Part shown: one piece after another, positions 58,603 to 64,000 of the stretch | Layout of the letters: every line of letters begins with the position of its first letter | Position numbering within the stretch: the stretch's first letter is position 1 | Source of the DNA: Mustelus asterias | Lineage: Eukaryota | Direction of reading: 5' to 3' | DNA: 64,000 nt | Assembly: GCF_964213995.1 (NCBI RefSeq) | Contig: NC_135806.1 | Location: 95,790,001-95,854,000 of the forward strand | Position numbers and translations under genes: made by a program | The notes under the pieces: model-generated | Told to the model about the DNA's origin: nothing | Databases searched by the model: none | What the model saw: the letters and a program-made list of their open reading frames with translations, nothing else

Positions 58603-58861
58603 TCGGAGAAGGAGTTGGTGAGCATGATGCCGTGTGTTTGCATATTGTGATTGGCATGGCTGAACAGCTTGCTGCATGTTGAAGCTGTGAGATATGGGTG
58701 TGAAGCTAGCAACAGAGCTAAGTGTATGAAGGTGAGGCAGAGCTGTGAATGAGGCGTATTGATAGCGATTGTTGGTGAGCGAGTGATGAGGTGTGATGCA
58801 TTGAGTGATTTGTAAGATAGGTGGTACTGTTAGTGGGAAATTTGAAGATGCATTTATTTGC

Positions 58862-59091
58862 CTCGACCACTCAAGCTAGGTTACTGAATTTCTTGTAACA
58901 GAGTATCCAGGGCCTTGAAGCTGCTGGCATTGATCATGATTACTGTCTGCTCCCATTGTCTGTGCAGTTTCTGAGTGGATGCCTCCTAGTCTATTGTGAA
59001 GAGAGAACTTCTGCTATCCAGTTTCTACACCAATACCTCCAGTGCTGCAATGGGAATACCTTAGAGCTTGCCTTCTACCATCTGGTGCCAT
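58862..59091 (-). pseudogene. Decayed Harbinger Myb/SANT-like DNA-binding gene, first exon
   Basis: MAPDGRRQALRYS/IAALEVLV*KL...RQWEQTVIMINASS...CYKKFSNL matches RAPRFSxxxLExLV...WxxIAxxVN...CRKKFNDL. Confidence 0.7.
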
Positions 59092-60973
59092 TCTTATTAT
59101 CTTTCCCACTCAAACTCATTTGTAGAATCACTTCCAGCACCTGCTTCAGTCTAAATGCACCTCCCATTTAAGCAGTTTAGGCTGGCTTTAAGTAGCACAA
59201 GCTGGCTTGAATTCATGCTAGTCTTTGATGATTTTGTACCTCTAAAAACAGATATGCTGCTATTCAACATGCTTAGTGCTGGCTGCACACTTTAATCATG
59301 AAAATGACAGGAAGTATGAAATTTGTGTGCAACCTGCATCAGGAGCAACCAGTGTATGTTAATCACACATCATGATCTCCGTGCTCTTTTTCGGGCCATA
59401 CTGAATTTTGTAGCCATCAAATCCTAATCAAATCAAACAATAGTCTCTGGTGTACCGTCTCCTCACTACAGCTCGTATTACTGCTATGGAAGAATATCAG
59501 CAAATTTTTGTTTATATAAAAAATTATGTTTCTTTAAGATGTTAATTACTTTTTCCAAGAATTTGCCATCTACAACTGACTAAAGTAAATGAAATCTCTT
59601 TTGTCTCAAGTTTTATTAAGTTTTTGTTTCATAAAGCAGTTTTTTCCACTTTGGTTATGAAAATAAATTATTGAATCCATTTGTCCTCTATCCCTATGAT
59701 AGAGTCACATCTGAGCAATTACTCTAACAGCTAATTATAGTTACACCATACCAACGATTTGCAGAGTATCATACAGTACTGAGATTCTGTTAGCAATTTT
59801 CTTTTTGATATATGAGTGTTTTCAGAGTGGATGCCTAGTTATCCTTATTAAAGTGACACAGTAGTTTTTCAATAATGCTAAAGCTGTTGTGCAGTATTCA
59901 GCACTGAATAATTTCTAAAATTGGTTTTGTCTGCAGTAGTCAATGCTTGAGTTGAATATTTGAATGGGAATACCTCGATCGCTAATGGGTCCCAAAAGTG
60001 CATGGACTAGTCACAAATGAGCATTTTTTGAAAAATCAACTCATCGACCATAGTTGAGGATTACTGCAGAAGGTTACATAAATAGTTTGGGAAAAAACAG
60101 CTTAAAAATATTGTCCAGAGGGAATAGTACTGCAGAATTTCTAGTTAAGTGGCCCATTCACTACTTAAATACCTCAGGTAAAATATCAGTCCATTTACAC
60201 TCTGATGATAAAATACTTCTCTCTAAAGACACTTTATTCCAAATGTAATCATAGATGCAAGCAGTAAAACCTGTTCAGAAAATACTGGCATGACACTGTA
60301 TTTTCTAAATTGGTCAATGAAGCTACTGGACAAATCCAAAGCACACCATTAAATGGTATCATGTTCAGAATTTGCTCACCACATGTTGCCAAAAAATTGC
60401 TGAACATAATCACAGTAAAATCTGCATTATAAATGCAACATTTGAATAATGGACAGCCTTCTGGATTGTGTCAGATAGCTGAAGAACTCAACTAAACAAC
60501 TTTAACCCTTGATCAGCTTGCCCAATCTTTATAATCCACATGGTTGTCCATTATCTTATAATATTCAACCTAGTAATTGGAGGCATGTAGAAGGACTGCA
60601 GGTCCATGGACTGCCATGCAATGGCTATTTTGAGGGATTTAACTCGACTGTGGTAGATATAGACATGTCCTACCAAAACAATTATTACACAACTCCGAGC
60701 TTTCCTTCATTGCATTTAATATTTTTTTGTCGATCAATAATTGGAAAAGATGGTAGAAACATATATAAGATTGTTAATGTAGATCCATTTTTCTGCACAT
60801 GGACTACATTGGCAAGTAAACTGCGCTCAATAATGTTATAGATTCTGAAAATATTCTGGTTCTGATTGTATTACATCACATAAACCCCAAAGGAATTCAT
60901 GGGCTATCAGTATCATTCTCTTCCCAGTGTTTCTAGAATGCATTGGTTCATCCATTATGCATTAATTTACATT

Positions 60974-61338
60974 ACAAAGAACAAAGAAAATTACAGCACT
61001 GGAACAGGCCCTTCGGCCCTCCAAGCCTGCACCGATCATGCTGCCTGACTTCACTAAAACCCCCTACCCTTCCGGGGACCATATCCCTCTATTCCCATCC
61101 TATTCATGTACTTGTCAAGATGCCCCTTAAAAGTCACTACCGTATCCGCTTCCACTACCTCCCCCGGCAACGAGTTCCAGGCACCCACTACTCTCTGTGT
61201 AAAAAATCTGCCTCGTACATCTCTTTAAACCTTGCCCCTCACACCTTAAACCTATGCCCCCTAGTAAATGACTCTTCCACCCTGAGAAAAAGCATCTGAC
61301 TATCCACTCTGCCCATGCCTCTCATAATCTTGTAGACT
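60974..61338 (-). mobile_element. CR1 3' fragment with a (GTTCTTT)n tail
   Basis: ACAAAGAACAAAGAAAATTACAGCAC tail; YKIMRG...FTQRVV on minus. Confidence 0.9.
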
Positions 61339-61481
61339 TTACAGCCCTATGGCCTTAATATTGAATAGATGGAGGGGTGCAGTGGATGATCTGCTGGATT
61401 TGGAGGGCTAGTGGAGTGGAAGACAAGTAAAATGCTGGTTTTGTTTTGGGAGGGAAGGGAACAGAGAAATAGTTCAGGAAA

Positions 61482-61988
61482 TGGTCGCCTCATTACAGGA
61501 AGAATGTGGAAAAGATTGAAAAGGTGCAGAGGAGATTTACAAGGATGTTGCCTGGATTGAGTGGCATGCCTTATGAGGATAGGCTGAGGGAGCTCGGTCT
61601 TTTCTCCTTGGAGAGACATCGGATGAGAGGAGACCTAATAGAGGTATATAAAATGTTGAGAGGCATAGATCAGGTAGACTCTCAGAGGCTTTTTCCCAGG
61701 GTGGAAATGGCTGCTACAAGAGGACACAGGTTTAAGGTGCTGGGGGTAGGTACAGGGGAAATGTTAGGGGGAAGTTTTTCACACAGAGGGTGGTGGGCGA
61801 GTGGAATCGGCTGCCATCAGTGGTAGTGGAGGCAAACTCAATAGGGTCTTTTAAGAGACTCCTGGATGAGTACATGGGACTTAATAGGATGGAGGGTTAT
61901 AGGTAGGCCTAAAAGGTAGGGATATGTTCGGCACAACTTGTGGGGCCAAAGGGCCTGTTTTGTGCTGTAGTTTTTCTATGTTTCTATG
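61482..61988 (+). mobile_element. CR1 3' fragment with a (GTTTCTAT)n tail, frameshifted
   Basis: EKVQRRFTRMLPGL...LGLFSLE...DLIEVYKM. Confidence 0.9.
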
Positions 61989-62599
61989 AACGTGATTGAA
62001 GGCCCTGTGAACCATGGCTTTGGGGAATTCTAACTTGAAGAAAAAGGAAGACATATCAGAAGTGCTGGTATGGGAGATTGCAGCATGAAAATAGATGTGA
62101 CAGAGTTGTAGAAATTTGGAAAATGGACTAATCTTAACAATGGGTTTGTTAACTTCAGACCTAAATACCTGTCCTATACTCTTTCAGACAGCTGGTTGCA
62201 ATGGAGAATGGCTGCCACTAAGAGTGAATAAGTTGTGAGTTGATGCTTTGTCGGGGAGATCCCCTCTACCAGCACGGTCAGATGCTCACAAGCCTTTCTT
62301 CCACCATATTCCTAGGCTATGTCAACTCCCACCACTTTGCCAGATTCTCCATTCTTCCAACCCCCTCTGCTACTCAGAAGTCTGTGGGCGGGGTTTAATG
62401 CGCCCAAAACACTGCAGCTCCGATCAGCGCCTCCAATCGCAGTTTTAAAAAATTGAAAAATGCTCCCCTGCCACATCGTTCCTGGGCCAGATAATGCCTC
62501 CCCCTGGCCCCCACAGACATTGGCCCAGCCCCACAACGTAACTGACCCCCCCCTGCTTCCCAGACCGATCGTGGCCCCCTTCCCACCTTCCCCCCTCCC

Positions 62600-62970
62600 C
62601 CCCACCAATCGCATGCAGAGTGGCAGCGGACCCCCCTGACCCCCCACCGATCGCATGCAGGGTGGCAGCCGTCCCTCCTCCCTCCCCACCGATCACGTGC
62701 AGAGTAGCAGTGGACCCCCCCTTTCCCTCCACAATCACACGCAGAGTGGCAGTGGACCCTGTCACCCCTGTCCTCCCACCAGACCCGCCATCTGACCCAC
62801 CTCCCTCACCAGAGAGCCATCTGACCCGTCTCCCTCCCCCTCCACCAGAGAGCCATCTGACACGCCTCCCTTCCCCCCACCAGAGAGCCATCTGACATGC
62901 CTCCATCCTCCAACAGAGAGCCATCTGACCCGCCTCTCTCCCCCCCTCGCCAGAGAGCCATCTGACCTAC
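62600..62970 (+). repeat. Two adjacent C-rich minisatellites inside a TIR-family-like element (about 62340-63066)
   Basis: Four units of ATCGCATGCAGAGTGGCAGCGGACCCC-like sequence, then five exact CAGAGAGCCATCTGAC at 62810, 62846, 62881, 62914 and 62951. Confidence 0.88.
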
Positions 62971-63071
62971 CTCCCTTTCCGCCCCCCCCACCACCGATCT
63001 AAGTCAGAGAGCCGCCGGAAGCTCTGGACGTATCTCCTCAGAAGCTGGAGCGCCCGAATTGGATCTTTGTG

Positions 63072-64000
63072 GACCGAAGACAGAGGGTGGTGGTCGATGG
63101 AAAATTTTCGGATTGGAGGCAGGTTGCTAGCGGTGTGCCGCAGGGATCAGTGCTTGGTCCTCTGCTCTTTGTGATTTTTATTAATGACTTAGAGGAGGGG
63201 GCTGAAGGGTGGATCAGTAAATTTGCTGATGACACCAAGATTGGTGGAGTAGTGGATGAGGTGGAGGGCTGTTGTAGGCTGCAAAGAGACATAGATAGGA
63301 TGCAAAGCTGGGCTGAAAAATGGCAAATGGAGTTTAACCCTGATAAATGTGAGGTGATTCATTTTGGTAGGACAAATTTAAATGTGGATTACAGGGTCAA
63401 AGGTAGGGTTCTGAAGACTGTGGAGGAACAGAGAGATCTTGGGGTCCATATCCACAGATCTCTAAAGGTTGCCAGTCAAGTGGATAGAGCTGTGAAGAAG
63501 GCCTATAGTGTGTTAGCTTTTATTAACAGGGGGTTGGGGTTTAAGAGCCGTGGGGTTATGCTGCAACTGTACAGGACCTTGGTGAGACCACATTTGGAAT
63601 ATTGTGTGCAGTTCTGGTCACCTCACTATAAGAAGGATGTGGAAGCGCTGGAAAGAGTGCAGAGGAGATTTACCAGGATGCTGCCTGGTTTGGAGGGTAG
63701 GTCATATGAGGAAAGGTTGAGGGAGCTAGGGCTGTTCTCTCTGGAGCGGAGGAGGCTGAGGGGAGACTTAATAGAGGTGTATAAAATGATGAAGGGGATA
63801 GATAGAGTGAACGTTCAAAGACTATTTCCTCGGGTGGATGGAGCTATTACAAGGGGGCATAACTATAGGGTTCGTGGTAGGAGATACAGGACGGATATCA
63901 GAGGTAGGTTCTTTACGCAGAGAGTGGTTGGGGTGTGGAATGGACTGCCTGCAGTGATAGTGGAGTCAGTCACTTTAGAAACATTTAAGCGGTTATTGGA
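63072..64000 (+). mobile_element. Young 5'-truncated CR1 ORF2 running off the window
   Basis: DRRQRVVVDG...GVPQGSVLGPLLFVIFINDL...SKFADDTK...WQMEFNPDKC; no stop seen. Confidence 0.95.

Noticed and set aside
62810-62966. CRISPR-like repeat-spacer array
   Set aside because: Repeats are only 16 bp, spacers are short, low-complexity and mutually similar, there are no cas genes, and the context is vertebrate repeat DNA

Overview
Repeat-rich vertebrate genomic DNA, most likely from an elasmobranch (shark), inferred from abundant HE1-type V-SINEs, several CR1 LINE lineages, DeuSINE/MetaSINE-like SINEs and Penelope-like elements (PLEs). I found no recognisable host protein-coding exon, so the window looks like a large intron or intergenic region. 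The long stop-free reading frames with recognisable protein motifs are 5'-truncated CR1 ORF2 (reverse transcriptase) pieces. Other coding remnants are decayed Gypsy gag, PIF/Harbinger transposase and Myb/SANT, L2, Tx1 and Penelope GIY-YIG sequences. The most notable signals are: (i) minimal type-I hammerhead ribozyme motifs in several PLE-related elements, including a palindromic element with back-to-back hammerheads; (ii) a multi-copy GC-rich TIR element family carrying NRF1-like/GC-box motifs and G-tracts, alongside decayed Harbinger genes that could have mobilised it; (iii) a candidate 15-nt microexon in a transposon-poor island; (iv) a deeply nested insertion stack at 14.4-20.4 kb. Family names come from recalled consensus motifs, not database searches, and most repeat boundaries are approximate. 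I cannot establish a wholly new biological system from sequence alone.
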